The notes under the pieces: generated by a model
Database searches by the model: none
Told to the model about the DNA's origin: nothing
What the model saw: the letters and a program-made list of their open reading frames with translations, nothing else
Shown here: piece by piece, positions 27,501 through 35,939 of the stretch
Layout: each line of letters begins with the position of its first letter
How positions within the stretch are numbered: the stretch's first letter is position 1
Position numbers and translations under genes: made by a program
Sequence record: NZ_CP025192.1
Direction: 5' to 3' (one strand)
Source: a plasmid
Length of the DNA stretch: 64,000 nt

Positions 27501-28302
27501 GACGCTCCGCCACGACGAAGCTGACGTCCTGCCGGGCGAGCAGGATCTGCGTGAACCGGTCCTTCACGCGGCGCAGGCTGTCGGCCACGTGCTGGAAGCG
27601 GCTGCTGTCGAAGACCGCCTCCTGGACGCCGGCGACGAAGCGGAACCTCAGGTGCTTCGTGACCTCGCCGATCTCCCGCAGGAAGGACAGGTCGAGGACG
27701 AGGTCGTGGTCCCTCCGGGACCGCAGGTACTCGAGGAACTCGTCGACGACGAGGAGTACGCCCTGGTTTGGGTGGCGCTCGGCGAAGGCCGCCATCATCT
27801 CCTCGAAGGCGGCCTTGTTGTTGATGACCTTGTTGGCCGGCGGGAAGACGTAGCTTACCCCGTTCTTCTCTAAGAAGATCTCGAGCTGCTGCGTGACGAT
27901 GTCCCGCAGGGACATCTGGCTCGAGATCTCGATGCGGTGCACCTTGAACTTCCCGGCGATCGCCGCGGCCGCCTCGGCGACCTTAGGATGGCGGATCATC
28001 GGGACGTACGCGGCGTCTTCGGCCACCAGCGAGAGTACCGACATGAGGTGCGACTTGCCGGTGCCGTAGTTCCCGACGACGAGCACCCCCTTGTGGTCCA
28101 CCGCCTCGTCGAACGAGAGCTGCGGGACGATGAGCTTCGCGATCCGCTCAGCCATGTCGTCCGAGATCACGTAGGTCGACACCAGCTTCCGCGCCTCGTC
28201 CGGGCGGTTGGCGTCCAGAAGTTGGATGACGGACTCGATCGGCTCGAACTGGATCAGGTCGCCATAGCGCATCGGCATCCGGTCTTTCCTGCTAACCAAC
28301 AT
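24547..28302 (-). CDS. brxC: BREX P-loop ATPase BrxC/PglY
   Basis: 1251 aa, N-terminal P-loop GNYGTGKSHL, length and architecture typical of BrxC. Overlaps brxF 3' end. Confidence 0.85.
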   Translation of the reverse strand: MLVSRKDRMPMRYGDLIQFEPIESVIQLLDANRPDEARKLVSTYVISDDMAERIAKLIVPQLSFDEAVDHKGVLVVGNYGTGKSHLMSVLSLVAEDAAYVPMIRHPKVAEAAAAIAGKFKVHRIEISSQMSLRDIVTQQLEIFLEKNGVSYVFPPANKVINNKAAFEEMMAAFAERHPNQGVLLVVDEFLEYLRSRRDHDLVLDLSFLREIGEVTKHLRFRFVAGVQEAVFDSSRFQHVADSLRRVKDRFTQILLARQDVSFVVAERLLKKTADQQERIRAYLAPFSKFYGSMNERMDDYVRLFPVHPDYIGTFERLVFAEKRGALVTLRDQIQDILDDEVPGDRPGLIGYDRFWDTITANSVLRADPSIGPVLKVSEVLSERVRKAFTRPAYRPMALRIINGLSVHRLTTGGDIYVPVGPTATELRDTLCLFQPGIDAMGGEPDADLLSLVQTVLRETLKTVNGQFISRAPDTDQYFLDLKKDVDYDAQIEKRAEALSDDALDRAYFSAVRQLMERTDETTYVAGHQIWQYQIEWQERRVERIGYLFFGAPNDRPTAQPERDFYIYFIQPFEPPRFRDEHKADEVFFRLKGPDDAIRRHLSCYAAAQDLASTASGAAKSVYLDKANDALREMGKWLQEKQMAAYEVTYQGKARTLQEWTKGISLRDKARLRPDERINFRDVVNVIAGVALGNRFAEVAPEYPTFTALLTEANRKQLVGNALRALAGGPRTKDAVVILDGLEMLDGDRLDPERSRYAQEVLSRLKAKGHGQVLNRGELLSGGADVEYFAPLKFRLEPDLLVAVLGALVYSGDIVLAVAGDKIDPGKIALLAERPLDELRQFKHVEAPREINVAVLRALFEMLGLQPGLAQQAAQGSDEPVKRLQEEVTKLTRRVLAATTDMAGRLSFWGQPLLRENELADWRAKLDALKAFAESLSPYNTVGKLKNLRVGSDDVAAQKKHLEALDAVERMLELVAELGTAAGYLSQAEMVLTGDDPWVQQAQAARKQVFERLATDRTAQHAGEYRQILARLKKDYVAAYVGQHSRARLGVAENKSKEALRKDGRLIAMRVLRNISLMPTSQLDSFEDKLGKLKSCDSLMDADLAASPVCPHCHFRPTSEQGDMLPAATMLKQLDGELDRLLDGWQQTLLDNLEDPIIQANFDLLKPATRKLVDGFVASKALPDPVGSDFVAAVQEALSGLEKIPVTGGEIKQALLQGGSPATPEDLRKRFETFLSDRCKGRDTTKLRFVVE

Positions 28303-28831
28303 TGAACGGCACCCACCCTTCCGTGCCGTAGTTCTGGTGCTCCGGGTGGCCCGGCACCGCGTAGACCAGACGCCCGTCCCGCAGCTCTCCCGGCCAAGCG
28401 GCGACGACGCGGCGCCCGTGGGAGTGCCGCCTCATCAGGTCCAGGGGACTGAGCCGTAGGGTCCAGTCGAAGAGGAGCTCTATGTTGTCCCAGAGCAGCA
28501 GGTCACGGCCGACCGTCCCGTCGGCCAGTTCCTTCAGCAGGTCGGGAGCCATGAGGTGCCGTTGGGACGCGGGCAGCGGGACGAGGAGGCGGCCGAGAGC
28601 CTCGCCCAGCCGCATGACGGGGGCATTCCGGCGCGTGGAAAGCTGCCCCAGCAGCTTGCTCTTGCCGGATCCCGGAGGACCGACGAGGAGCACGAGCTTG
28701 CTATTCAAGCCCGCGACGTCTTCGACGAGGCGCTCAAGGATGTCGATCACGGTACGCGCCTTGAACAGAGCCGAAGGTTCCGACCTCGAGCCGCATCGAG
28801 CGCCGACGCGAGGCTCTCTGGCGGAGGGCAC
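28292..28831 (-). CDS. brxF: BREX type-3 small P-loop protein BrxF (start uncertain)
   Basis: 179-aa ORF with Walker A LLVGPPGSGKSKLL and the short length characteristic of BrxF. First gene of the operon. Actual start may be downstream of 28831. Confidence 0.65.
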   Translation of the reverse strand: MPSAREPRVGARCGSRSEPSALFKARTVIDILERLVEDVAGLNSKLVLLVGPPGSGKSKLLGQLSTRRNAPVMRLGEALGRLLVPLPASQRHLMAPDLLKELADGTVGRDLLLWDNIELLFDWTLRLSPLDLMRRHSHGRRVVAAWPGELRDGRLVYAVPGHPEHQNYGTEGWVPFNVG

Positions 28832-28859
28832 GGAGCGGCTCGATCAGGGGTGCTCATCG

Positions 28860-29060
28860 TCAGGATTTGGACTGGGCAGGCACAGGGCGGACGGGGGATG
28901 AGCGACCCGCCTCGATCGCCTTGAGGCGGTCGAACTCCTCGAAGGCCATCACCACGACGACCGGTCGTCCGTGCTTGGCGACGATCAGCGGCTCGATCCG
29001 GGCGAGGTCGATCAGCCGACCGAACCCGTACTTCGCCTCCTTGGCGGTCAGCGTCTTCAT
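28860..29060 (-). CDS. orphan Phd/YefM-family antitoxin-like protein upstream of brxF
   Basis: 66 aa MKTLTAKEAKYGFGRLIDLARIEPLIVAKHGRPVVVVMAFEEFDRLKAIEA is the canonical Phd/YefM fold sequence. No toxin ORF follows; next gene is brxF 29 bp downstream. Confidence 0.7.
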   Translation of the reverse strand: MKTLTAKEAKYGFGRLIDLARIEPLIVAKHGRPVVVVMAFEEFDRLKAIEAGRSSPVRPVPAQSKS

Positions 29061-29264
29061 GCTCCACTCCGGATACGAGACGACCATCGGCCAAAATGGC
29101 CAAAATTTCAATCTCCGCGGGATGAGCAGACCCGGCACCGCGCCGTGCGGGCGGGGTGACTTGCCGGTGCAGGGCATGCGGCCCGTTGGCAAGTACTGGT
29201 CCGCTCATGGAGATGACGACTGCCAGCAGGATTGCCTGCTCGCGCCGAGGCAAGCCCACCGCAT

Positions 29265-29305
29265 ATCGAATAGATGCTAGCAATTACCTTGTTGGCGCTA
29301 GCTTG
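29265..29305. promoter_or_regulatory. GCTAGC-palindrome pair in parA promoter region (candidate parS/operator); related GCTAGCAG motifs recur at 30022-30048, 30405-30425, 31775-31800 and 32448-32485
   Basis: atgCTAGCAattaccttgttggcGCTAGCttg upstream of parA. tatGCTAGCAGGTAtg after parA. agcaGCTAGCAGCTAcgg after parG. gaaGCTAGCAGGTAgg after rep. gcTTAGCTtgTAGCAcgTAGCAgcaAGCTAgta before 32494. Confidence 0.45.
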
Positions 29306-29359
29306 AGGATGCTACGACCTGCGTGATGACGTGCGTCGGTAGGGCCGAAGGGGGACGGA

Positions 29360-30022
29360 GTGGCTGCGACGGTGCTGACGGTGGCGTCCACAAAGGGCGG
29401 CGCCGGCAAGACGACGATCGTGATGGCGCTCGCCGGCACCCTCGCCGCCGAGGGGCTGCGCGTCGCTGTCGTGGACGCAGACCCGAACCGCGCCTACGCC
29501 TCCTGGGCCGAGCAGGCCTACGAGGGCCCCGCCATCGCGGTCCGCGCCGAGGCAGACGAGGCGCGGCTCGCGGCGGCGATCGACGAGCTATCGCCCCAGG
29601 CCGACCTGGTCCTGGTGGACACGGCCGGCTTCGGCAACCGCGCCGCCCTGCTCGCCATGGCCGCGGCCGACGCCGTGCTCGTGCCCTGCACCCCGAGCCG
29701 CGCCGACGTCGAGCAGGCCGCTAAGACACTGGAACTGGTGGATGGCGCCGCTCGGGCGGCGCGGCGCGCCATCCCCGCGCGCGTTGTTCCATCGCGCCTG
29801 AAGCAGGCGACCGCGGTGTCGCGCCATGCGGTGGCCGAGCTCGACGCGGCCGCCCTCCCCCGCACCGCCGCCGGGGTCGGCGACCGCGTCGCCTTCGCCG
29901 AGATGACCTTCTCCGGCCGCGTCCCCGCCGGCGGCGACGCCGGGCAGGAGGTCGCGAAGCTGGTCGCGGAGCTGCGCAAGCTCGGCTGGTTGCCGCCCAA
30001 GCCGAGGGCGGCTCGCGCGTAG
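29360..30022 (+). CDS. parA: ParA-family partition ATPase
   Basis: Deviant Walker A STKGGAGKTT, ParA/MinD fold. GTG start (alternative GTG at 29372). Confidence 0.85.
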   Translation: MAATVLTVASTKGGAGKTTIVMALAGTLAAEGLRVAVVDADPNRAYASWAEQAYEGPAIAVRAEADEARLAAAIDELSPQADLVLVDTAGFGNRAALLAMAAADAVLVPCTPSRADVEQAAKTLELVDGAARAARRAIPARVVPSRLKQATAVSRHAVAELDAAALPRTAAGVGDRVAFAEMTFSGRVPAGGDAGQEVAKLVAELRKLGWLPPKPRAARA

Positions 30023-30064
30023 CGCCTATATGCTAGCAGGTATGAGCAAGCACGAGGACCTACC

Positions 30065-30412
30065 ATGTCCAGCAAGGGCCTGAAGCCTGCCATTGCCCGT
30101 CCCTCCGCGCGGGAAGCACTCGCCGCCGCGGACGCCGTCGCCCAGCAGGCCGGGCTGCCGCCCGCCGCCCTCTCGCCACGCCCCCCACCCCCTGCCCCGG
30201 CTGCTCCTCCCTCGGCGCCGCCCGAAGAGGAACTCGTGCAGGTGAACATTCGCGTCCGCCGCGGCCTCGGCGACCAGCTCGCGGATAGGGCGCGGGCGGA
30301 TGGTACGACGCAGAAGGTGCTGGTCTGCCGGGCGCTCGCGGCCGCCGGCTTCGACGTGCATCCGGAGGACCTCCGGGCGACCCCCGCGCCGCGCCGCCGC
30401 GGCAGCAGCTAG
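30065..30412 (+). CDS. parG: ParG-like ribbon-helix-helix centromere-binding protein
   Basis: 115 aa. Disordered Pro/Ala-rich N-tail then RHH (VNIRVRRGLGDQLADRARADGTTQKVLVCRALA). Position between parA and iterons. Confidence 0.6.
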   Translation: MSSKGLKPAIARPSAREALAAADAVAQQAGLPPAALSPRPPPPAPAAPPSAPPEEELVQVNIRVRRGLGDQLADRARADGTTQKVLVCRALAAAGFDVHPEDLRATPAPRRRGSS

Positions 30413-30439
30413 CAGCTACGGAGATGGTGTCGGTAGCGT

Positions 30440-30760
30440 ACGAACCGAAGCGCCATCTCCCCTCCCCCGCCGAGCGCCTTCGGAGCCAAACGCATCACGG
30501 GTCGGAAATTCGTACCCTGGTGACGCTCTGGTGCGGACCGATCCGGTATCGGTTACCCACAGCCGATTCGTACCTTGGTGACGCCAGTTCGTACCCGACC
30601 GACGCAGGACGAGTCGTCCCCCGTACCCTGGTGACGCATCCAAATATGGATTCAATTAGCTTTCCTAGGACCGTCAGCAGAGTACGAGCCGGCACAGGGG
30701 AAAAACCTCGCCCGGAAGAGGCGTCGGCAGGGTACGAATTGCGCCAGCTGCCCTGGATGT
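30440..30760. repeat. iteron cluster / putative oriV upstream of rep
   Basis: Three direct repeats TCGTACC(C/T)TGGTGACGC at about 30509, 30567 and 30625, plus partial copies (GTACGAACCGAAGCGCC, GGGTACGAATTGCGCC). An AT-richer stretch (catccaaatatggattcaattagctttcc) lies between the iterons and rep. Confidence 0.6.
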
Positions 30761-30775
30761 GCAGCGTGCTCCCGC

Positions 30776-31786
30776 ATGGACGATTCCACCGACACCGCTT
30801 GGCCGCTTTCCGTGGGAGCCGACGAGGCCCTTGAAGGGCGCCTGCGCGGCCGGCTCGAGGTTCTAGGCATCCAGCAGGCGCTCAATCTCGCCCCGACGGC
30901 CCTCGACCGGCGCTGCATCGAGGCCATCCACATGGTCCTTACCGACGAGGATGGTGCGCCCAACTTCGTGCACGCCGGCTTCGCAATGACCGCCCTCCCT
31001 CACAAGCGCATCGAGGCAACTGAATGGGTCCGCGACGGCGCCGACATCCGCCTGCGGATCGAGAGCGGCAAGACCCATGACGGAACGGCGGTCGGGGTAC
31101 CGTTCGGCTATGTGGCCCGCCTGATCCTCCTCTATCTGCAGACGGAGGCCATCAAGACCCGCTCCCGTGAGGTCGAGCTCGGCCGCTCCATGCACAGCTG
31201 GCTGAAGGCAATGGGCCTGAACAGCGGCGGCAAGGGCTACGAAGCGGTCCGCGAGCAGAGCCGGCGCCTCAGCCTCTGCCGGCTGACCTTCTATCGGATC
31301 GGCGAGGGCGGCGAGGCCGTGATGAACGGCGGCTTCGTCCGGGAGGCGATCCTGCCAGGCAGGGACAGCGGCGGCACGCAGCTCTCCCTCTGGCGGGAGA
31401 CGGTCGTGCTCGACGAGGTGTTCTACGAAAGCCTCATCCGACACCCCCTCCCCGTCCGCGAGACCGCCATTCGGGCGCTGGCCGGCCGGAGCATGGCGAT
31501 CGACCTCTACATCTGGCTCGCCTACCGGCTCCACCATTTGGCGAAGCCGACTCGGGTACCATGGCCGGCGCTCTACCGACAGTTCGGCGCGGGCTTCGCG
31601 CTCCAGCGTCAGTTCAAGGCGCACGCGCGCGAGGCGCTCGCCCTCGCCCTCTCCGCCTACCCGGAGGCGCAGGTGCGGGTGGACGACGAGGCCATCACCC
31701 TCATGCCCTCCCCTGCCCCGGTCCCCGAGCGCGCACGGGCGCCCGCCGCGAGCGCCGTGCCGAAACGCCTACTGCATAGGCGGTAG
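30776..31786 (+). CDS. rep: putative plasmid replication initiator protein
   Basis: 336-aa ORF immediately downstream of iterons and the parAG module. Family not recognised by eye. Assignment is by position. Confidence 0.5.
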   Translation: MDDSTDTAWPLSVGADEALEGRLRGRLEVLGIQQALNLAPTALDRRCIEAIHMVLTDEDGAPNFVHAGFAMTALPHKRIEATEWVRDGADIRLRIESGKTHDGTAVGVPFGYVARLILLYLQTEAIKTRSREVELGRSMHSWLKAMGLNSGGKGYEAVREQSRRLSLCRLTFYRIGEGGEAVMNGGFVREAILPGRDSGGTQLSLWRETVVLDEVFYESLIRHPLPVRETAIRALAGRSMAIDLYIWLAYRLHHLAKPTRVPWPALYRQFGAGFALQRQFKAHAREALALALSAYPEAQVRVDDEAITLMPSPAPVPERARAPAASAVPKRLLHRR

Positions 31787-31927
31787 AAGCTAGCAGGTAG
31801 GTGCTGCGGGATTGGCCGGGCGACTCAACAAGAAGGTCCTCCTCCTCATCGACGAGTACGGGACCGTCGGCGCCGAGGATCTCTAGCTCGGCGCCGTGGT
31901 TGCCCTGGCGCGCGGCGGCCCCGCCCG

Positions 31928-32242
31928 GTGCTCTACGCGGCCGCCGTCGTCGAGACGGCGAACGCCGGGCTCGCCCGGTTCGGGCGCGAGACGATCGGCA
32001 ACGTCGACGTCATCACGGACGTGAACCACAACGACGACCACCCTGCCTTCGAGGCAGAGACCGAGCGGGCGCGGCGCGAGGACGGGTGGTTCCTCGGGGT
32101 GAACCGGGTCGCCCGCTTGGCCTCGGCCGCCTCGCGGCTCCTCCAGCTGACGGACGTGGTAGCCTACTCACGGAAATGGATTGTGGGCGCCGAGATTAAC
32201 GCCGCCGGGCTGCGGGAGCGGTTCGGGATCCAGCCGCCCTGA
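31928..32242 (+). CDS. hypothetical small protein (possible gene remnant)
   Basis: 104-aa ORF with normal composition (ETIGNVDVITDVNHNDDHPAFEAETERARREDGWFLGVNRVARL...). No motif recognised. Confidence 0.25.
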   Translation: MLYAAAVVETANAGLARFGRETIGNVDVITDVNHNDDHPAFEAETERARREDGWFLGVNRVARLASAASRLLQLTDVVAYSRKWIVGAEINAAGLRERFGIQPP

Positions 32243-32493
32243 AACGGCGAGAGCCGCTCGATGGGGCGGCTCCCGGAAGAGGGTAGGGAGGGTGGCCGAC
32301 AACCGGGGCTTTCGGTCTCCGGGTGGCCACCGCGCCCGCCCGATACGCAGCAGGACGGGTCGCACGCAGGGACCCCCTCTTATGACACCATAGGTATCCC
32401 CGCCGCTGGCGGGTTTCAAGGAAAAGGGCCGCGCGGCAACGTTTCTTGCTTAGCTTGTAGCACGTAGCAGCAAGCTAGTAACAGATAGGAGGT

Positions 32494-33010
32494 ATGACCT
32501 ATACTGCGACGCCGGGCTGCTTCGAGGCGGCGATCCCGATGCTCGACGCGCCACCAGGCCATGCCCCGACCCTCCACATGTTGTGCGGCAAGGCTGGCCG
32601 AAGCGCCCGCCACCGTCGTCGTCGCACAGGATCCCTGGATGGCGGCCCTCTACCCCGAGGAACTCCGGTCAATCGCCGACTACGTGCGCTTGGTGCCGCG
32701 GCTGCGGGCCGCCATGGGGCCGCACGTCGCCGACCTGCTGCGCGCCGGGCTCTCCGCCGTCCTCGACTGGCCGGCGAACACCAGGACGAGCCGCGCCTGG
32801 ATGCGGGGCGTCTTCGAGGCGGCGGGGGCCGCCCACCGGCTGCACGTCCTCGACGTGCCGGACAAGGTCTGCCTCGCCCGGCTGGCGGCCAGGAACGCCG
32901 GGGGCATCCACGAGTACCAGGTGAGCGAGGCCGAGTTTGCGGAGCTGGCGCGCCACTTCGAGCAGCCGGCGCTGGACGAGGGGTTCGACGTCGTGGTGAA
33001 TCCGCCGCGG
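32494..33010 (+). pseudogene. P-loop kinase-like (AAA_33/zeta-like) gene with disrupted Walker A / frame break
   Basis: Frame 1 reads ...TLHMLCGKAG then junk. Frame 2 (32561) continues RLAEAPATVVVAQDPW...LDWP...VLDVPDKVCLARLAARNAGG. The two frames split what should be one GKAGSGKS(T)...RLAEA segment. 3' part of ORF 32561-33232 is Arg/Ser-rich junk overlapping the convergent gene. Confidence 0.4.
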
Positions 33011-33110
33011 TGGCCCGGGCGATGGGGCTCCGCCTCTGGGCGCGGCTTCGGTCAAGATCCTTCGAAAAGGGGGACGGCCTGGACCGCTCCCTCAGAAGGC
33101 CTGTCCAGGG

Positions 33111-34238
33111 TCAGACGTCGTAGTTCGTCCGGATGGCCTCGATGCAGGTGGTGCAGCTCAGCATCGCGAGGTGCTCTTCGACACGGCGGGCGAGTTCCCT
33201 GTTATTGCGCAGCTTCGCCTGCACGATCCTGAAGTAGTAGGGAATTTCCGCCTTGAGGTCCCGGTGGATGCGGTTGAGCGCCGCCGCGATGTAGGGGTCG
33301 GGATGCGCGAATGAACTCGTTGGACGGTTGATGACGGACGGATCGAATTTCTGGGCGCTTGCGAAGTTGCTTTCGATGTCCTTCTTGGCCATGCTGTGCT
33401 TTAGGTCGCTCAGCCGCATTTTGGTGAGGTCGAACCGTTCCTCACGCTTGAGGAAGCCGGTTTCGTCGGTTTCCTCCATCCTGAGTGTTTCCAATTTGAT
33501 GATACTGTTGATCATCGTCTGAGCGCTGTGGAAGGCGCGCCACCGAAGAATTTGGTCGACCTCTTCGTTCTTCTTGGCCTGGTCCAGGTGATCGTTCATG
33601 AACTCGAAGAAGGAGGTCTTCCCGAGCTTGGCCGGCGGCGCCTCAAAGGGCTGAGGTCCCTCGGCGAGCGCGGCTTGAACCCGGCGAATGGCCTCGCCCG
33701 GGGTGTTGAAGACGAGCTTTGCCGGCAGGTGCAGCGTGGTGAAGCGCTTGCCACGCAGGAAGCTGTCGCGCAGGCTGTCCTTCTTGAGGGCTTCCAGGCT
33801 GGAGTGGTGGGCGGCGCCGTCGATCTCGACGACCAGCCAGTCGTTGATCAGGAAGTCGACCCTGTAGAGGCGCCATGCGCCGTTTTTCTCGTACCGCTTA
33901 ACCTCGACCTGGAGGTTCATGCGGATGCCCGAGCCCACGAGCAGTCCGCTGGAGGGTTCGAGGGCGTAGGCAGGGATCATCGCCCGCAGGAAAGCCTCCT
34001 CCGCCGGCGATTCACAGGCGGCGAGATAGATCGCAAGCCAGTTCGGTGTGCTCGGGGTTGTGGACTCGCGCGCGTAGAAGCGCGCGTCCGGCCGGTGCTC
34101 GGGCTCCTTCTGCTCGGGCTGCCTCTCGTCGCGGGACATGAAGGGCAAGCTCCCGAGGACTAAGAAGGCAAGCACGACAACGATGATCATCATGGACGTG
34201 GTCCTGTTATCCGCACGTTGGGGGCTGACCCGCGACAT
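33111..34238 (-). CDS. membrane-anchored DUF559/Vsr-like endonuclease-fold protein with uncharacterised C-terminal domain
   Basis: N-terminal TM helix (MMIIVVVLAFLVLGSLPF). YRVDFLINDWLVVEIDGAAHHSS...D matches the DUF559 (very-short-patch-repair-like) core. About 200-aa C-terminal region has no recognised motif. Gene lies in an AT-richer (about 52% GC) islet. Confidence 0.55.
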   Translation of the reverse strand: MSRVSPQRADNRTTSMMIIVVVLAFLVLGSLPFMSRDERQPEQKEPEHRPDARFYARESTTPSTPNWLAIYLAACESPAEEAFLRAMIPAYALEPSSGLLVGSGIRMNLQVEVKRYEKNGAWRLYRVDFLINDWLVVEIDGAAHHSSLEALKKDSLRDSFLRGKRFTTLHLPAKLVFNTPGEAIRRVQAALAEGPQPFEAPPAKLGKTSFFEFMNDHLDQAKKNEEVDQILRWRAFHSAQTMINSIIKLETLRMEETDETGFLKREERFDLTKMRLSDLKHSMAKKDIESNFASAQKFDPSVINRPTSSFAHPDPYIAAALNRIHRDLKAEIPYYFRIVQAKLRNNRELARRVEEHLAMLSCTTCIEAIRTNYDV

Positions 34239-35111
34239 GCTGCATGAGGCGAGATGCTCTCGCCTCGTGGTGACGTAATAGCCGTTCGCATGTCGTTGCG
34301 CAGGATGGGCGGTCGGCCAGAGTTGAAGCGGATGCGGATGCTCATATGATGGACGTGCGCTGACGCTGGGCCGCCAGCGCTAGGCTCTGGCTGCTAAGCT
34401 TAGCGACTATCATCTACCAGTCGCGCTGCTCAGCGCGCCGCGCCGATCCAGACCGGTGGGAGGTCGCAGGCCCGGCGGCCCGCCTGCTCGTAGCCCGTCC
34501 GCTCGCAGTGGCGGCGCAGGTACGACACTGAGGTAGGTCGTCCTTGCTGCATCGCAACAGGCCGGCGCATGGCTCGGATGCGGCAACCTGAACTTTGTCG
34601 GGAAATCTCCGCATTTCATTCCGTTTTGCCATTGAAAATGCAGGCCCCACTTTCCATATGAGTGGAGGTGAAGCCGGGAGCCTGTCTGTTGCTCTCCGCC
34701 TTCCGGGCGCCTGTCGCCCCCCACCTCCCCATCCCATCCTCATCCTGGCGGACCGATGCGCGCGCCTTCTGGCGGCACGCCGGTCCTGGACCGCGCATCC
34801 GGCACTGAGCCGGCCGTCTTCTGCGAACCTCCTGCCCTGCCAGCGGTGGCAGCCCGATGACCGGGATGGGCCGCCCGGCGCCGCCCCTCGCCCGGGGCCC
34901 TGCGCCGGCCCCGCCGCGTGCGCGCGGCGGATCCTCTTCGCTACCCCTTCGGCTTTCCTTCCCTTCTCCCGGCTTCACCACGCCTTCTCCCGATCCGCCT
35001 TCGCGGCTCTCCGGTGATCACCGGCGGGGGGCGCCACACCATCGCGCCCTCTTTTCCTCCTCCCGTTGTCCCGGCCGGTCTCGGTAGCTCCCAAGCCGAC
35101 CGTCGCGGCCC

Positions 35112-35708
35112 TTGAGCAAGGCCGAAACCACCCTTCAGGACACCACGATGCTCTTCAGCACCGACGTTCCCGACGACGAGGCCGAGCGCCAACGGGCCCG
35201 GCTCTTCCGGCATTTCGCCGCCCAGTTCATGCCGGCGACCGCGGTGATGGAAGCCGGCGATGCCAGCCTTCCGGCGGTGGAGTTCGCGCGCCTGCACCGG
35301 CGTCTCGATGTCCTCGAGCGCCACATGGCCGACCTGATGTTCCTCCAGCTCTCCGCGCAGGACCTCCTGCTTGGCAAGCGGCGCCCCTTCTCGGCCCGCA
35401 GCCGCGAGCTCATCGTCGCGGCCCTGCGCCGGACACCCTACCGGGGCCGCTGCCCCTGCTGCGGCCACGAGCCCGTCCTCGACGAGGCGGGCGCACCGCT
35501 GGAGGGGGCCGAGTTCGACCACGCCTTCCACCGCGGGCTGAACCGGCCCGAGCATGGCTGGCTGGTCTGCCGGCCCTGCCACCGCGAGATGACCCATGGC
35601 GGCTATCTCGCGCGCTTCTCGCGCATCCACCAGTTCCGCGCCTTCCAGGGCGCGGTGCTGGCCGGGTGGGAGCGATCCCGGGCCAAGCCCGCGGACGCCC
35701 CGTCCTGA
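35112..35708 (+). CDS. HNH-endonuclease-like zinc-finger protein
   Basis: CPCCGHEP...DHAFHRGLNRPEHGWLVCRPCH has the HNH ββα-Me arrangement (C-x2-C...DH...N...C-x2-CH). TTG start at 35112 (alternative ATG at 35148). Confidence 0.55.
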   Translation: MSKAETTLQDTTMLFSTDVPDDEAERQRARLFRHFAAQFMPATAVMEAGDASLPAVEFARLHRRLDVLERHMADLMFLQLSAQDLLLGKRRPFSARSRELIVAALRRTPYRGRCPCCGHEPVLDEAGAPLEGAEFDHAFHRGLNRPEHGWLVCRPCHREMTHGGYLARFSRIHQFRAFQGAVLAGWERSRAKPADAPS

Positions 35709-35939
35709 CGCTGGCTCCCGCCAGCACACGAAGCCCCCGGCCATCACGGCCGGGGGCTTTTCTCGTTTCCGGGGTCGTTGGATCCGGCGTCACCGGGCCG
35801 GAGCCGCGGCCTGTGGCAAACCGGGAACACGGCGCACCTGGGACAAATCCTGAGACGCACGCGTATCGAAATAACGCATTCGTTGCCTTGATGAGACAAA
35901 CGTCAGCGGTTACCGCCTTCCCCTGACCTCGGAGGGGAT

